From Candidatus Poribacteria bacterium (GTDB taxonomy: Bacteria > Poribacteria > WGA-4E > WGA-3G): DNA of 64,000 nucleotides. The notes under the pieces are model-generated. The model was not told the DNA's origin, did not search any database, and saw only the letters and a list, made by a program, of their open reading frames with translations. Both the position numbers and the translations under genes were made by a program. The stretch's first letter is position 1; each line of letters starts with the position of its first letter. Of the stretch, positions 46,625-58,507 are shown one piece after another. Location: positions 2,336,001 through 2,400,000 of the forward strand of contig OZ240248.1 in NCBI GenBank assembly GCA_965198235.1, read 5' to 3'.

Positions 46625-49600
46625 ATGACGGAAGAATCAATACTCGTGCAGGGTGCGCGCGAGCACAATCTAAGAAATATTGATATCCAACTTCCAAAAG
46701 ACAAACTCATCGTCTTCACCGGCGTTAGCGGTTCGGGCAAATCTTCGATGGCAATTGATACTGTTTACGCCGAAGGACAACGGCGATACATCGAGTCTTT
46801 ATCGGCATACGCACGGCAGTTTTTAGGGCAACTCGGCAAGCCAGATGTAGACGAGATTGTCGGATTATCTCCGTCTATTGCCATTGATCAGGGGTCAACA
46901 GGGCATAACCCGCGTTCCACGGTGGCGACGGTAACCGAAGTCTACGACTACCTCCGTGTCCTCTATGCCCGCGTAGGACAATTCCGCTGTCCCGAGTGTG
47001 GACGTGAAGTCGGTTCACAAACTGCCGCGGATATCGTCCAAACTCTGATCGACTACCCGGAACGCACCAGACTTATCATTTTCGCACCGATTCTCAGAGG
47101 TTCCCGCGGCGCGCACGAAAGAGAACTCGAAGATTTACGCAAAGCGGGTTTCGCGAGGTTGCGAATTGATGGTGAGATATACGAACTTCGACCAAGCCTC
47201 ACCCTTAATCCTAATCAACGTCACGACATCGATGTTGTCATTGACCGGATTGTCATTAAAGAGGGTGTTGAATCTCGCGTCGCCCAAGCCGTGGATACTG
47301 CACTCTTACGTGGAGACGGAAGCCTCCTTGTCCACGTCGTTCCCACTGAAGGCGAGGTATCTTCCTTTGTATCAGAGGAAGACGATTTACTGTTTAGCGA
47401 GGATTACACCTGTGTGCACTGCCGGATCAGTTTTGTGAAACCGGAACCTCGCCACTTCTCTTTCAACAATCCGGAGGGCATGTGCGAGAATTGTCGGGGT
47501 TTAGGTGTTGAAATGGGAATCTTGCCGAGGTTGATCGTTCCAGATGATACCCTCTCCATCATGCAAGGTGCCATAAGTTTGTGGGGACCTCTTAATACAC
47601 GAGATACTCTCAAGGAAAGGCTAATCGCTGAAGCACTCGCAAAACACCTCGGATTCGATATTGAGACCCCTTGGAAGGACCTCACACCGGAACAGCAGCA
47701 TGCCATTCTCTACGGCACCGGCGACGATGTTCTTACGATTAGCACTCCCGGTACAGGTAGACACAGACGGCGAAAGCGACGACGGCAATATCGTGCCCGT
47801 TTTCACGGAATCATTCCTACTGAAGAACAGAAGTATCGCTTTGAAGAGGACGATGAAACCGATGAAGACACCTTCCCAGATTATTTTGTCAAAATGCCCT
47901 GCAGGACATGTGAGGGAACCCGACTGAACCCGTGGGTGAAAGCCGTGACGATAGGCGGGACCTCCATAACGGACATCCTTGAAATGTCCATTCAGGACGC
48001 AGCCCAATTCTTCGGCGAGTTAGTACTTCCAGAGCGCGAGACGTTCATCGCATCGGAACTCTTAAAAGAGATTCGAGGACGGCTCGGATTCCTTATGGAC
48101 GTAGGGTTAGGGTACTTGACGCTTGCGCGCCCTGCGCCGACGCTTTCGGGCGGTGAAGCACAGCGCATTCGTCTTGCGAGTCAGGTGGGGGTGGGGTTAC
48201 GCGATATCACCTACGTTCTTGATGAACCGAGTATTGGCTTGCACGCCCGCGACCACGCCGGTTTACTCATGACCCTCTTAAACTTGCGGAATCAGGGCAA
48301 TACCGTTATCGTCGTTGAGCACGATGAGGCAACGATGTTGGTAGCCGACTGGATAGTCGATTTCGGTCCTGGGGCAGGCATTAAAGGCGGGAAGATAACG
48401 GATATCGGGACACCAGCACAGTTCATGAAGGAGAGCAGGACACTCACTGCCCAATATCTCCGAGGCGATAAGGTGATCGTTCAACCGGAGTCCCGTCGTC
48501 CGACAGGGGATAGGTGGGTGCAAATCTGCAACGCACGCCAGAACAATCTCAAAGGTATCAGCCCTAAAATACCTGTGGGTACGCTCTGCTGTGTAACAGG
48601 TGTGAGTGGTTCTGGAAAGAGTTCCTTAATTCACGATATTCTCTACAGCGCACTCGCCCGCGACCTCATGAAGGCAAAGACTGTACCGGGGGATTATGAT
48701 GATATTCGGGGCATCATCGAAGGAAAAAACGTTCCGGTCTCTGATGTCATTGACAAAATTATCAACATTAACATGGCACCTATCGGACGAACACCACGTT
48801 CCAACGCAGCGACCTACACCAAAGTCTTCGACAATATTCGCGCACTCTATGCGGGGTTGCCCGATGCGAAATTGCGAGGCTATAAACCCGGACGGTTTAG
48901 TTTCAACGTCGCTGGCGGCAGATGTGAAGCGTGTAATGGTAACGGTGCGAAAAAAGTCGATATGGGACTGCTCTCCGATGTCTGGGTGGAGTGTGAGGTG
49001 TGTGAGGGAAAACGCTTCAACAGTGAAACTCTCACCGTTAAATACAAGGGGAAAAACATCTCTGAAGTCCTTGAAATGGATATTGATACCGCACTTGCAC
49101 ATTTCGCTGATATTCCGAAGGTCGCAAGAGGGTTGAAACTGCTTCATGATGTTGGTTTGGATTACATTAAACTCGGACAACCAGCTCCCACGCTTTCAGG
49201 TGGTGAAGCACAACGTATCAAACTCTCACGAGAACTCTCCAAACGCGGCACAGGGAAAACGCTCTATATCCTTGATGAACCCACAACCGGCTTGCACTTT
49301 GACGATGTAAATAAATTGTTGACGATACTTCATCGACTCGTGGATGATGGTAACACAGTCGTTGTTGTTGAACATAATCTTGAAGTCGTCAACTCCGCAG
49401 ATTACCTCATTGATTTGGGACCAGAGGGTGGCGTTGGCGGCGGAACCATCGTTGCTGTGGGGACACCTGAACAGATTGCAGACATGCCTGAATCTTACAC
49501 GGGACGAGCACTCCGCGGTGATTTCGATATCTGGCGTGAAACAAGGCATCAACGCATGCGAGAACCGGAACTCACCTCCGCGTATGGACGAGGACCGGAG

Positions 49601-52384
49601 ACGCGTCCAGAAACCATTGCTGTGCGGGGAGCTACGGAAAATAATCTCAAAAATATTGACATTGATATTCCGCACCGAAAGATGACCACATTGACCGGCG
49701 TGAGCGGTTCCGGTAAAACATCGCTCGCACTTGATACCATTTACGCCGAAGGGCAGCGCCGCTATATTGAGACCCTCAGCACTTACGCTCGTCAGTTTAT
49801 AGGACAGATGGAGAAGCCCAAGGTCTCAAAAATTGAGGGACTCTCGCCCGCGATTGCTATTTCAAACACCAATGCTGGGCAGAACCCAAGATCCACTGTC
49901 GCGACGATTACGGAGATACACGACGGACTCCGCACGCTTTACGCCAGATGGGGCAAACCCTACTGTCCCGATTGCCAAGAGGAGGTCCAGCCACAAACAG
50001 CGGAGGAAATAACAGAGCAGGTTTTTGAACGACTCCACGAACAAAGGGTGGATGTCCTCGCACCTCTCACGAATTTCTTCCTTCTTCCGGAAGGTGAAGA
50101 AGGCGTATCAAGGGGTAAAATTGTTGACGTGGATGCGAGTGAATCGGTGTACGGTTTGAAAGGGCACGAGGATTATGCCGATGTATTTCGTCGATTGCAA
50201 AGAGCAGGATTTGTGCGCGTCCAAATTGATGGCGAAATTCATCGACTTGATGAGGCTCCAAAGTTGAGTAGAGGTATTCACCATGAAATCTTTATCGTTA
50301 TCGACCGCATTGAACTTGTAGATGAAGAAAAAAGCCGTTTTACGGAAGCGGTGGAGTTGGCACTCCTTCAAAGTGGTGGGTTCGTACTCATTGGGAGAAG
50401 AGAACGCGGACAAACGGCGGGACGGTATTTCCTTAGTGAACACGCGATGTGTCGTTCTTGCGGCAGCAACTTTGGGCAATTGACACCACGCCACTTCTCC
50501 TTTAACAACAAAATCGGGGCGTGCGATTTCTGTGATGGACGCGGAAGGAACATGCATCCACCGTATGACGCGTGCAACCGATGCCACGGCACACGACTGA
50601 AACCCTTTCCAAGCTGCGTCAGATTTGAAAATGCAACCGTCTCTGAATTGATGGCACTGTCAATTACCGAAATTATTGAATTCTTCAACGCACGGTTAAA
50701 ACAGATCGAAGCGGAGATTATTTCAGATGATGCGGAGACCGATAGGAGCGATCTTCTGATCGCAACGGGCGTGTCAACCTCAAGAGCGACACATCCAGCA
50801 CTTCACATTCATACGTCACCTGAGTTTGAAGCCGAAGTCCTATGCCAAATCCGGACGCGGCTCCAGTTCTTGGAAGATATTGGGCTCGGTTATCTCGCGT
50901 TAGACCGCGGGGCACCGACGCTTTCCGGTGGCGAAATGCGCAGAATCCAACTCGCAAGCCAACTCGGTAGCGGGCTCACCGGGGTAACCTACGTTCTCGA
51001 CGAACCGAGCATCGGCTTACACCCACGCGACCAAGAACGCCTCATTGCTGCACTCAAGGAACTCCGCGATATCGGGAACAGCGTCCTTGTTGTTGAACAC
51101 GACCGCGATACAATATTAGCCTCCGATCATGTGATTGACTTTGGGCCTGAAGCAGGCAAGGACGGTGGTGAGATTGTCGCTATCGGCACACCGGATACCT
51201 TCACCAACGGTGCCACTCTCGTACAAGACGTGGATAAAAACCCATCTGCCAAATCCTTGACGCAAGCCTATCTTTCCAATGAAGTGGAGATTTCTGTTCC
51301 GAAAACTCGGCGCAAAGGCACGGGCAAACAGTTAGCAATATTCGGGGCGAAAACGAATAACCTCAAAGACATTGATGTCAAGATTCCACTCGGAACGCTC
51401 ACCTGTGTAACCGGCGTTTCAGGGTGCGGAAAGAGCTCGCTCGTTGAAGGCACACTAAAACCCGCCCTTGAAAGTCGTAGTTCTATCAAAACCGGCGATC
51501 CCGAGGACCGTCGCTATACCCATTATCTCAGCGATGGCCACCGAGAACCGATATATAACGACTACGGGCTACCGGAGTATGAAAGCATCCGTGGGGTTAG
51601 TTATATCAAGCGTCTCATCAATGTAGACCAGAAGGCGATCGGAGAAACACCGCGTTCCAATCCAGCGACTTATACCGACCTGTTCACGAAAATCCGTGAA
51701 CTCTTCGCCGAACAATACGATGCAAAGATGCGTGGTTATAGTATCGGAGCTTTCAGTTTTAACCTCGCACAGGGGCAGTGTCCTGTATGTGAGGGGCACC
51801 GTTTCAACCGCGTTGAGATGCATTTTCTCCCTGACGTATGGATGCCGTGTGAGGCGTGTGATAGCACCGGCTACAACATGGAGACACTCGAAATCCGTTA
51901 CAAGGGGAAAAATATCGCTGAAGTCTTAACTATGACGGTAGATGAGGCACTCGCATTCTTCAGCGAAAGTCCACGCATCTGCCGGACGCTCCAGATGTTA
52001 ACAGATGTTGGACTCGGTTATATAGAATTGGGGCAATCGGCGACGACTCTCTCCGGCGGTGAAGCGCAGCGCGTCAAACTTGCGAAAGAATTGGCACGTC
52101 GCCAAACGGGTTCAACGCTCTATATCATGGACGAGCCGACGACCGGACTCCACTTTGACGACATCCAAAAACTTCTCAAGGTGCTAAACCGACTCGTCGA
52201 TGCTGGCAACACGATTATCGCTGTCGAACATAACATCGACGTTATCAAATCCGCAGATTGGATCATCGACTTGGGACCTGAAGGAAGTAAGGGTGGTGGA
52301 AACGTCGTCGCGATGGGTACTCCAGAAGAGGTCGCAAAGGTCCAGGAATCCCATACCGCACGTTTCTTACGTGAAGTCTTGTAG
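46625..52384 (+). CDS. uvrA: excinuclease ABC subunit A, double-length (two fused UvrA modules)
   Basis: four Walker A (GVSG[SC]GK), four LSGGE signatures, four DEP Walker B motifs; 1919 aa. Confidence 0.95.
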   Translation: MTEESILVQGAREHNLRNIDIQLPKDKLIVFTGVSGSGKSSMAIDTVYAEGQRRYIESLSAYARQFLGQLGKPDVDEIVGLSPSIAIDQGSTGHNPRSTVATVTEVYDYLRVLYARVGQFRCPECGREVGSQTAADIVQTLIDYPERTRLIIFAPILRGSRGAHERELEDLRKAGFARLRIDGEIYELRPSLTLNPNQRHDIDVVIDRIVIKEGVESRVAQAVDTALLRGDGSLLVHVVPTEGEVSSFVSEEDDLLFSEDYTCVHCRISFVKPEPRHFSFNNPEGMCENCRGLGVEMGILPRLIVPDDTLSIMQGAISLWGPLNTRDTLKERLIAEALAKHLGFDIETPWKDLTPEQQHAILYGTGDDVLTISTPGTGRHRRRKRRRQYRARFHGIIPTEEQKYRFEEDDETDEDTFPDYFVKMPCRTCEGTRLNPWVKAVTIGGTSITDILEMSIQDAAQFFGELVLPERETFIASELLKEIRGRLGFLMDVGLGYLTLARPAPTLSGGEAQRIRLASQVGVGLRDITYVLDEPSIGLHARDHAGLLMTLLNLRNQGNTVIVVEHDEATMLVADWIVDFGPGAGIKGGKITDIGTPAQFMKESRTLTAQYLRGDKVIVQPESRRPTGDRWVQICNARQNNLKGISPKIPVGTLCCVTGVSGSGKSSLIHDILYSALARDLMKAKTVPGDYDDIRGIIEGKNVPVSDVIDKIININMAPIGRTPRSNAATYTKVFDNIRALYAGLPDAKLRGYKPGRFSFNVAGGRCEACNGNGAKKVDMGLLSDVWVECEVCEGKRFNSETLTVKYKGKNISEVLEMDIDTALAHFADIPKVARGLKLLHDVGLDYIKLGQPAPTLSGGEAQRIKLSRELSKRGTGKTLYILDEPTTGLHFDDVNKLLTILHRLVDDGNTVVVVEHNLEVVNSADYLIDLGPEGGVGGGTIVAVGTPEQIADMPESYTGRALRGDFDIWRETRHQRMREPELTSAYGRGPETRPETIAVRGATENNLKNIDIDIPHRKMTTLTGVSGSGKTSLALDTIYAEGQRRYIETLSTYARQFIGQMEKPKVSKIEGLSPAIAISNTNAGQNPRSTVATITEIHDGLRTLYARWGKPYCPDCQEEVQPQTAEEITEQVFERLHEQRVDVLAPLTNFFLLPEGEEGVSRGKIVDVDASESVYGLKGHEDYADVFRRLQRAGFVRVQIDGEIHRLDEAPKLSRGIHHEIFIVIDRIELVDEEKSRFTEAVELALLQSGGFVLIGRRERGQTAGRYFLSEHAMCRSCGSNFGQLTPRHFSFNNKIGACDFCDGRGRNMHPPYDACNRCHGTRLKPFPSCVRFENATVSELMALSITEIIEFFNARLKQIEAEIISDDAETDRSDLLIATGVSTSRATHPALHIHTSPEFEAEVLCQIRTRLQFLEDIGLGYLALDRGAPTLSGGEMRRIQLASQLGSGLTGVTYVLDEPSIGLHPRDQERLIAALKELRDIGNSVLVVEHDRDTILASDHVIDFGPEAGKDGGEIVAIGTPDTFTNGATLVQDVDKNPSAKSLTQAYLSNEVEISVPKTRRKGTGKQLAIFGAKTNNLKDIDVKIPLGTLTCVTGVSGCGKSSLVEGTLKPALESRSSIKTGDPEDRRYTHYLSDGHREPIYNDYGLPEYESIRGVSYIKRLINVDQKAIGETPRSNPATYTDLFTKIRELFAEQYDAKMRGYSIGAFSFNLAQGQCPVCEGHRFNRVEMHFLPDVWMPCEACDSTGYNMETLEIRYKGKNIAEVLTMTVDEALAFFSESPRICRTLQMLTDVGLGYIELGQSATTLSGGEAQRVKLAKELARRQTGSTLYIMDEPTTGLHFDDIQKLLKVLNRLVDAGNTIIAVEHNIDVIKSADWIIDLGPEGSKGGGNVVAMGTPEEVAKVQESHTARFLREVL

Positions 52385-52775
52385 AACGATCTCCCGGTCG
52401 CTACAGAGTAAGAGCAGTCCTCATTGGCGGGTTTCCCAACCTCGTCAACGGGGGTACAGGTGTATCTTCATTCGTTGTTCACTGGGATGCCTATTAATTT
52501 TCATAATTCACCGTAGTTTTCTATACTTTAAGTGAATTGGTTCGTAGTCGGGAAACCATTTTTTGTCGGCTATACGCACCTTTAGAACGTGCGATGAATT
52601 GTACGACTACAAACATACTTGCTCGTAGTCCAAAAACTATTTGTTGCCCGTTAATCTGAACAATCCGATCCGTTTTTAAAACTAAATAACCTTATAAATC
52701 CCCCAATTTCCGCTTGACAAATTCTGGAATATGTGGAATTATAGTACTGTATCTATTAAAGATGTCGTATCTATA

Positions 52776-53642
52776 ATGCAGATTCCAGATTACTATCAAA
52801 TCTTAGAGGTCGGGCGGGATGCTACCGCTCGCGAAATAAAGAAAGCCTATCGGAAACTCGTAAAACGCTACCATCCCGATAAAAACCCGGAACGGACCGC
52901 TTTTGCGGAAAAGATGTTCCGCGAAGTCTGTAATGCTTATAACACGCTCCGTGACAGGAAGCAAAAATCTGACTATGATCGGACGTTACAGACTATTGAA
53001 CGGCAGCAGAAGTCCCACGAAGTTTATCTCGACAGACTGAATAGGCTCAACCAGACTTACGCCAAGTTGGAATTGCTGTTGCAAGCGTTGCTCCATCACA
53101 ATTATGAAACCGGCGTTTCCATGTATGAGCAGCTGCAGCACCATTCTCAAGAGATTGGGAAGGAGTTGCGCATTGATGACTTTCTCAGTTATGAAGAGAG
53201 TCGGGACTGTGAATTCCTCATTGCTGAAGCATATCAGAGGCTCGGATTTTCTAACGGTGCCCCGTCTTCCGTTCTTGATCGGTATCGCAAAATCGAGCAG
53301 GCAATGCTAATTTATGAATCCCTGTTGTCTGCTGAAACAAAGCGTCCCTGTTTCAGGCACTTTATCCGAGAAGTCAAAGACCGCCTCAAATTCATCTACC
53401 TCTACCATTTCACTGTCGACGGATACGACCAAACGCACCCAATTCCGTTGGCAAAAATCCGTGAATTGAGACTCTCGAAACGCGAGACTGCATGGATGTA
53501 CAAAAAAATTGCGGAGTTCTACGTTGAAATTGATCAGTTCCCGGAAGCACGAACCGTTTTGAAAATGGCATTTGAATTGCAACCCCACCTTACCGGTGCT
53601 AAGAAAATTTGCCAAACACTAAATATGGGTTCTCTTTTGTGA
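52776..53642 (+). CDS. J-domain protein with helical/TPR-like C-terminus
   Basis: DYYQILEV..IKKAYR...YHPDKN; start at MQIPDYY. Confidence 0.88.
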   Translation: MQIPDYYQILEVGRDATAREIKKAYRKLVKRYHPDKNPERTAFAEKMFREVCNAYNTLRDRKQKSDYDRTLQTIERQQKSHEVYLDRLNRLNQTYAKLELLLQALLHHNYETGVSMYEQLQHHSQEIGKELRIDDFLSYEESRDCEFLIAEAYQRLGFSNGAPSSVLDRYRKIEQAMLIYESLLSAETKRPCFRHFIREVKDRLKFIYLYHFTVDGYDQTHPIPLAKIRELRLSKRETAWMYKKIAEFYVEIDQFPEARTVLKMAFELQPHLTGAKKICQTLNMGSLL

Positions 53643-53699
53643 TAAAATTAATGTAGGAGCGATCTCCGAATCGCGACATTCTTATCAGAGGCATTCCTA

Positions 53700-54587
53700 A
53701 TGCGAAAAGAGGTACGCTGGGAACGGATGTTCCCTGATCAATTAGAAACTGCGTTCGACGACTGTCCGGCTGTTTATTTCACCTATGGACTCTGCGAACC
53801 ACATGGTCCGCAGAACACCGTAGGGCTGGATGCACTCAAGGCACATGCGATCGCTTGTCGTGCAGCGCAAACCCACGGTGGTATCGTCGCGCCTCCCGAC
53901 TATTGGCATATCCACGAACACGGTATGTATGCTAACTGGGCATATCGGAATGTTGGCGAAGCACGAAGTTGGCTCACCGCTATGCCGGCGTGGCAACACT
54001 TCAAAAACGTCTGCTATCATGTCCGTGCCGCCGATGCTCTCGGATTCCACGCCGCTATCTTCCTCACAGGACACTACGGACCGAATTGGCAGGACCTCAA
54101 GACCCTCCTGACGTTAATTCAACCCCACTTTGCTATGCGACTCTACGGGCTTCCTGATTTCGAGGCGAACACACCGGGGTTTGATCGGCAGGGCAACGGC
54201 GGAGACCACGCAGGCAGAGTCGAAACCTCGCTGCTATGGGCGTTAGAGCCAGACTGTGTTGACATGTCGCGGATGCCTGCGGCGGACGCACAGGGACCTC
54301 ATTTTGCGATGGGGGCAAATGCCTTTGAGTCAGACCGACGCATCGGTGAACGTATGGTAGATGATGAAGTCACATGGCTCGGAAAAAAGATGCAGGAATT
54401 ACTATCGGCTTACGAACAACAGGATATTACCGAACGCCAGCCTGTAACTTTTGAGGAAGTCGAACAGATATGGACAGAAACCGTATCACCCGCTTTGAAA
54501 AGTTTTGAGACGATGAAAAATCCGAAAGAATCACCACCGGAAGGTTCACAATGGTTCCGCCAGTGCAAGCTTCCGGAACTTTCCTAA
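53700..54587 (+). CDS. creatininase-family amidohydrolase
   Basis: EPHG..GLD, GHYG, DHAGRVETS. Confidence 0.85.
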   Translation: MRKEVRWERMFPDQLETAFDDCPAVYFTYGLCEPHGPQNTVGLDALKAHAIACRAAQTHGGIVAPPDYWHIHEHGMYANWAYRNVGEARSWLTAMPAWQHFKNVCYHVRAADALGFHAAIFLTGHYGPNWQDLKTLLTLIQPHFAMRLYGLPDFEANTPGFDRQGNGGDHAGRVETSLLWALEPDCVDMSRMPAADAQGPHFAMGANAFESDRRIGERMVDDEVTWLGKKMQELLSAYEQQDITERQPVTFEEVEQIWTETVSPALKSFETMKNPKESPPEGSQWFRQCKLPELS

Positions 54588-54588
54588 G

Positions 54589-54873
54589 TTTTTAATTTAT
54601 TGCTCCTGGGCCGCTCTCCACTTCGTTACGAGCGGGTTTCTGGTTAATTTATACGGGGTTTGGGAATTTGGACGTTTCTTTTATCTTGGAACCACGAGAC
54701 CCAAGCGCATCGTCTGTAACGAAGTGGAAGGGTATTTCTGCGTATTGCTTGGGGTGTTTTTGCTTGGGTATTTCTGCGTATTGCTTGGGTATTTCTTCGG
54801 ATTTCTTCAGATCTACGGAGAGGCGCGTTAAATACCTAACTCCCCTGACCGAACCACAAGGAATAATTAAAAA
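54589..54873. mobile_element. MITE-like family C element with internal GGGTATTTCTGCGTATTGCTT tandem repeats
   Basis: ends TTTTTAATTTATTGCTCCTGG / CCACAAGGAATAATTAAAAA are imperfect inverted repeats; colinear with 19054-19283. Confidence 0.72.
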
Positions 54874-55635
54874 ATGAAAACGACGAATGCACAACTCGCT
54901 GAAAATTACCGAAAAGATGGATTCTTGACCGGCATCCGTGTTTCCGATGAAGGTGAAGCAACGCGTCATCGGCAAGCCTACAATGCATTGGAAGCGGAAG
55001 CCGGTACAGAGAAATGTGAAATCGGTCTTGTTGATTGGCATTTCGATTATCAATTTATCTGGGAAGTCGCAATACATCCGAAAATCGTGGATGTCATCGA
55101 GGCGCTTATCGGTCCCGATGTGATGCTGTTAGCCACTCATTTCTTCTGCAAGTACGGTCCCCGCGATAAGTTCGTCGCGTGGCATCAAGACGTGACGTAT
55201 TGGGGGCTTGAACCACCGGATGCGATCACCGCTTGGTATGCGATAGACGACAGCGATACAGGTAACGGCTGCATGCAGGTAATCCCCGGAAGCCATCAGC
55301 CGGGCATCAAGGAACACGGGACATCCGAACAGGCAGGCAACCTGCTGAGCATCAATCAGGAGGTTCCAGTCACTGAAGCGCAGGCAGAAACCGCTGTAGA
55401 TCTGGTACTAAAAGCCGGTGAGATGTCGATCCACCACGGACAGATGATCCACGGTAGCCTACCGAATCGTTCCACGCGCCGGAGGTGTGGATTGACGGTT
55501 CGCTACATAGATCCATCGGTGAGGCAGGCAGAGGAGAATTCACTGAAGCGTCCTTGGAAACCGATTCTGCTGCGAGGCGAAGACCGATACCAGAATTTCA
55601 CTACCGTGCCAAATCCCTTCCCACTTCACGGGTAA
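54874..55635 (+). CDS. PhyH-family dioxygenase
   Basis: WHQD..YW, NGCMQVIPGSH, HGSLPN..RR. Confidence 0.9.
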   Translation: MKTTNAQLAENYRKDGFLTGIRVSDEGEATRHRQAYNALEAEAGTEKCEIGLVDWHFDYQFIWEVAIHPKIVDVIEALIGPDVMLLATHFFCKYGPRDKFVAWHQDVTYWGLEPPDAITAWYAIDDSDTGNGCMQVIPGSHQPGIKEHGTSEQAGNLLSINQEVPVTEAQAETAVDLVLKAGEMSIHHGQMIHGSLPNRSTRRRCGLTVRYIDPSVRQAEENSLKRPWKPILLRGEDRYQNFTTVPNPFPLHG

Positions 55636-55721
55636 CCGCAAGCATTTATAGACGTTTTGCTGGCGAGGTTTGAAACCTCGCCAATAGCGGATCGAAGTAA
55701 GAAAGCGGCCAAGGACAAAAA

Positions 55722-56882
55722 ATGAACGCTCACATCTACGACGCAATTGTTGTCGGTGCCGGCGGTATGGGCAGCGCGACCGCATATCATCTCACCAAAT
55801 CTGGCGCAGACGTGCTTGTCTTAGAACAGTTTCAGCGTGGACATACGTTCGGCAGTTCGCACGGTGAGACCCGTATCATCCGATTCTTCTATGATAAGCC
55901 CTTTTACACAGAATTGATGAAAACCGCATACTCCGAATGGCGGGACCTTGAATCTGTCTCAGGGAAGCCACTTCTGTTCATCACGGGAAGTTTGTGTTTC
56001 GGCACAACGGGAAACCCGTATGGACGCGCTGTGCGACAAAGCTTAGATGCCGCGGGTGTTGAATCCGAGTGGTGGGATGCAGCAGAATTGACAGAGCGTT
56101 TTCCGCAATTTCGGGTGTCGAACGACATGGACATCCTCTGGCAAAAGGACACCGGTTTCCTTCACGCCGCTGAATGCGTCTTGACTCACTTGCAATTGGC
56201 AGAGCAGCACGGGGCAACAGTCCGAGAGCAAACTCCTGTAACCGACATTGATTGGCAAGCGGATGTTCCAGCCGTTCGGACTGAAAACGGTTCGTTTCAC
56301 GGCAGGAAAGTTATCGTAACGGCAGGGGCGTGGACGGAGTTCCTCCTCTCGGAAGTAAACCTCCCACTTACCGTTACGAAGCAGCAGGTCTGTTATTACC
56401 AGCCCGCGGATACTGCACGTTTCCAAGGGGACCGGTTTCCAGTCTTCACCGAAGCAACAGCGGATGGCGAATTCCTCTATGGCGTTCCCTATTTTGGACG
56501 AAACGGATTAAAAATTGGGCGGCATGGCAGGGGAGAGACCGTTTCGCCAGAGACGTGCAAACGCACCGTCGATGCAGATTACGTTGCTCACGTAGATACG
56601 TATGTGAAAGGACGTATCCCGGAACTCGGTAAAACCGCACACGCCGAAGTCTGCCTCTATACCGAAACCCCCGATGAAGATTTTATCATTGACACGCACC
56701 CGCGCTGTCCAGATCTGTTGATTGCGGGAGGCTTTTCAGGACACGGCTTTAAATTTTGTCCCCTCGTCGGGCGCGTTCTAAGCGAATTAGCACAAACAGG
56801 GAAAACAATTTTCGACATTCACCCATTTCGTATCGACCGGGAACAGAGGATCTCAAGCGGTATCCCAAGGTTGCAATCATGA
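55722..56882 (+). CDS. N-methyl-L-tryptophan oxidase/monomeric sarcosine oxidase family
   Basis: GAGGMG, GSSHGETRIIR, CLYTETPDEDFII, GFSGHGFKF. Confidence 0.9.
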   Translation: MNAHIYDAIVVGAGGMGSATAYHLTKSGADVLVLEQFQRGHTFGSSHGETRIIRFFYDKPFYTELMKTAYSEWRDLESVSGKPLLFITGSLCFGTTGNPYGRAVRQSLDAAGVESEWWDAAELTERFPQFRVSNDMDILWQKDTGFLHAAECVLTHLQLAEQHGATVREQTPVTDIDWQADVPAVRTENGSFHGRKVIVTAGAWTEFLLSEVNLPLTVTKQQVCYYQPADTARFQGDRFPVFTEATADGEFLYGVPYFGRNGLKIGRHGRGETVSPETCKRTVDADYVAHVDTYVKGRIPELGKTAHAEVCLYTETPDEDFIIDTHPRCPDLLIAGGFSGHGFKFCPLVGRVLSELAQTGKTIFDIHPFRIDREQRISSGIPRLQS

Positions 56883-58342
56883 CGAAACAGACGAAAATAA
56901 TTGTGGGTGTGGTTTCCGCTGGCGTTGTGTTAATCTGCATGACGCTATTCTTTCTCATGCCGCGTGGTTCCGATCTCACCATCCAAGCACCCGCGCCACC
57001 GCGGGAAGTTACGCCTGCTCTGTTGCCGTCACCAATCCGTTCAGTCATTGCTGTGAGGGCAAATTTGCCCATACAGGATGTCAAAACGTTAGTGGAATCC
57101 GCCCTCAAAGATTATCTCAGCAAACCCATCCAACGGAAAGACGGCGCAATTGAGTCCGCTATCAAACTCAACCTTGACTCCCTTACGATGACGGGCGCGG
57201 CAGACGGGACCGTATCCGTAAGCGTTCCATTCCAGTTCAACGGATGGGCACGCGTCTCGAAAAAAATCTTCGGACAGGTAGTCCAGAAACGTGAAGATAT
57301 TAAAGGAGCCGCGGCTGCATCGCTAACCCTTACCCCAACCCTTAACTCGGATTGGCGTATTACTGCCAAAACAACCTCCGATATTTCTATCCAGAAGGCA
57401 GAAATCGAGATTTTGGGCATTACAATCTCAGTTCGTCGAATTCTTACCGAATTGGTGCGAGAGACAGTCCTCCCCAAATTAGAGAACCTCATCGTCAAAT
57501 ACATCACCAACATAGACGTAAAGACTCGCGTCGCCGGTTTATGGACGAAACTTTATGAACCGATAGTCCTCAACCAAGAACCGCCAATCGCACTCACCAT
57601 AGAGCCGCTGAGAATCCTGGCGCAACATCTGTCGAGTGACGGTGAAACGCTTTCGTTCAGCCTCGGCATAGAAACCTATATTCAAGCGAATATGGGAGAT
57701 GTATTGACGGATTCTCCCAATAATACAATCGCCGATTTGCCAGACATCCGCTTCGTGGATGCCCTTGAATCCGGCTACCATATCATTGCCCCGATTGAGA
57801 TGACCTACGCCGCGGTTGAAAACCTCGCCAAGCCCCATGTTGAAAAACCGCACAAACTAAAAGGAGTTGATACACTCGTTAGAAAGTTGACCCTCTACGG
57901 CAGTGGTACCCAGCTCGCCGCGGGGATTGAATTCAGTATGCCTTCATTAGGCGCGGAGGGACAACTCTATCTGCTCGGGACACCTGTGTATGACGCGACG
58001 ACGATGTCTGTTTCTGTCACCGAATTCGACTATACGCTAACGACACAAAGCCTATTCTTGGATATCGCACAAGCCGCCGGAGAAGGCTTCTTTCCAAACC
58101 TCCGAACAACGGTCGAGGAGAAACTCGTCTTTCCGTTGGAAGATCGGCTCACCACACTCCACAAGAAGTTGGCGGATGTCATCGCAGAACGCCGGATCGG
58201 TTCATATGTCGTTTTGCGCGGCACCGTAGATACCATTACACCGGAGGCACTTTATCTCACGCAGACAGGGGTACATATCCCATTCCGCTTACAGGGCGAT
58301 CTCACCTGTGAGGTGAATATTAGTTCTTCTCGGTTTCCGTAG
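56879..58342 (+). CDS. DUF4403-like exported protein
   Basis: N-terminal TM anchor, beta-rich body, GQLYLLGTPVYD; ATGA-coupled to the upstream gene. Confidence 0.65.
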   Translation: MTKQTKIIVGVVSAGVVLICMTLFFLMPRGSDLTIQAPAPPREVTPALLPSPIRSVIAVRANLPIQDVKTLVESALKDYLSKPIQRKDGAIESAIKLNLDSLTMTGAADGTVSVSVPFQFNGWARVSKKIFGQVVQKREDIKGAAAASLTLTPTLNSDWRITAKTTSDISIQKAEIEILGITISVRRILTELVRETVLPKLENLIVKYITNIDVKTRVAGLWTKLYEPIVLNQEPPIALTIEPLRILAQHLSSDGETLSFSLGIETYIQANMGDVLTDSPNNTIADLPDIRFVDALESGYHIIAPIEMTYAAVENLAKPHVEKPHKLKGVDTLVRKLTLYGSGTQLAAGIEFSMPSLGAEGQLYLLGTPVYDATTMSVSVTEFDYTLTTQSLFLDIAQAAGEGFFPNLRTTVEEKLVFPLEDRLTTLHKKLADVIAERRIGSYVVLRGTVDTITPEALYLTQTGVHIPFRLQGDLTCEVNISSSRFP

Positions 58343-58507
58343 TTTTCATTGTTGCGCTACTTTTTCCTTGACATTCGGGAACATTTCAGGCATACTTAAG
58401 GGAACTCTTGACGTTATCAGGTTTCGGTGTCAAAATCCGGTGCTTTAGCGGGCGGAGTATGTTAACTACAATTTTGTCGGGATTTTTGAGATTTAGGAGG
58501 CAAGGAG

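Larger units (their letters stand above)
11690..55682. repeat. dispersed palindrome family A (GGCGAGGTT-N2-4-AACCTCGCC); the span covers eight separate ~21-bp copies
   Basis: copies at 11690, 16347, 28520, 29573, 35817, 37951, 52426, 55662; all intergenic. Confidence 0.8.

Noticed and set aside
52514-52684. MITE with TAGTTTT/AAAACTA ends
   Set aside because: Only 7 bp of inverted match and no duplication; the region contains REP-like hairpins but boundaries are unsupported
54649-55077. ORF with KQYAEIP repeats
   Set aside because: Translation of the DNA tandem repeats inside the MITE, antisense to the PhyH gene
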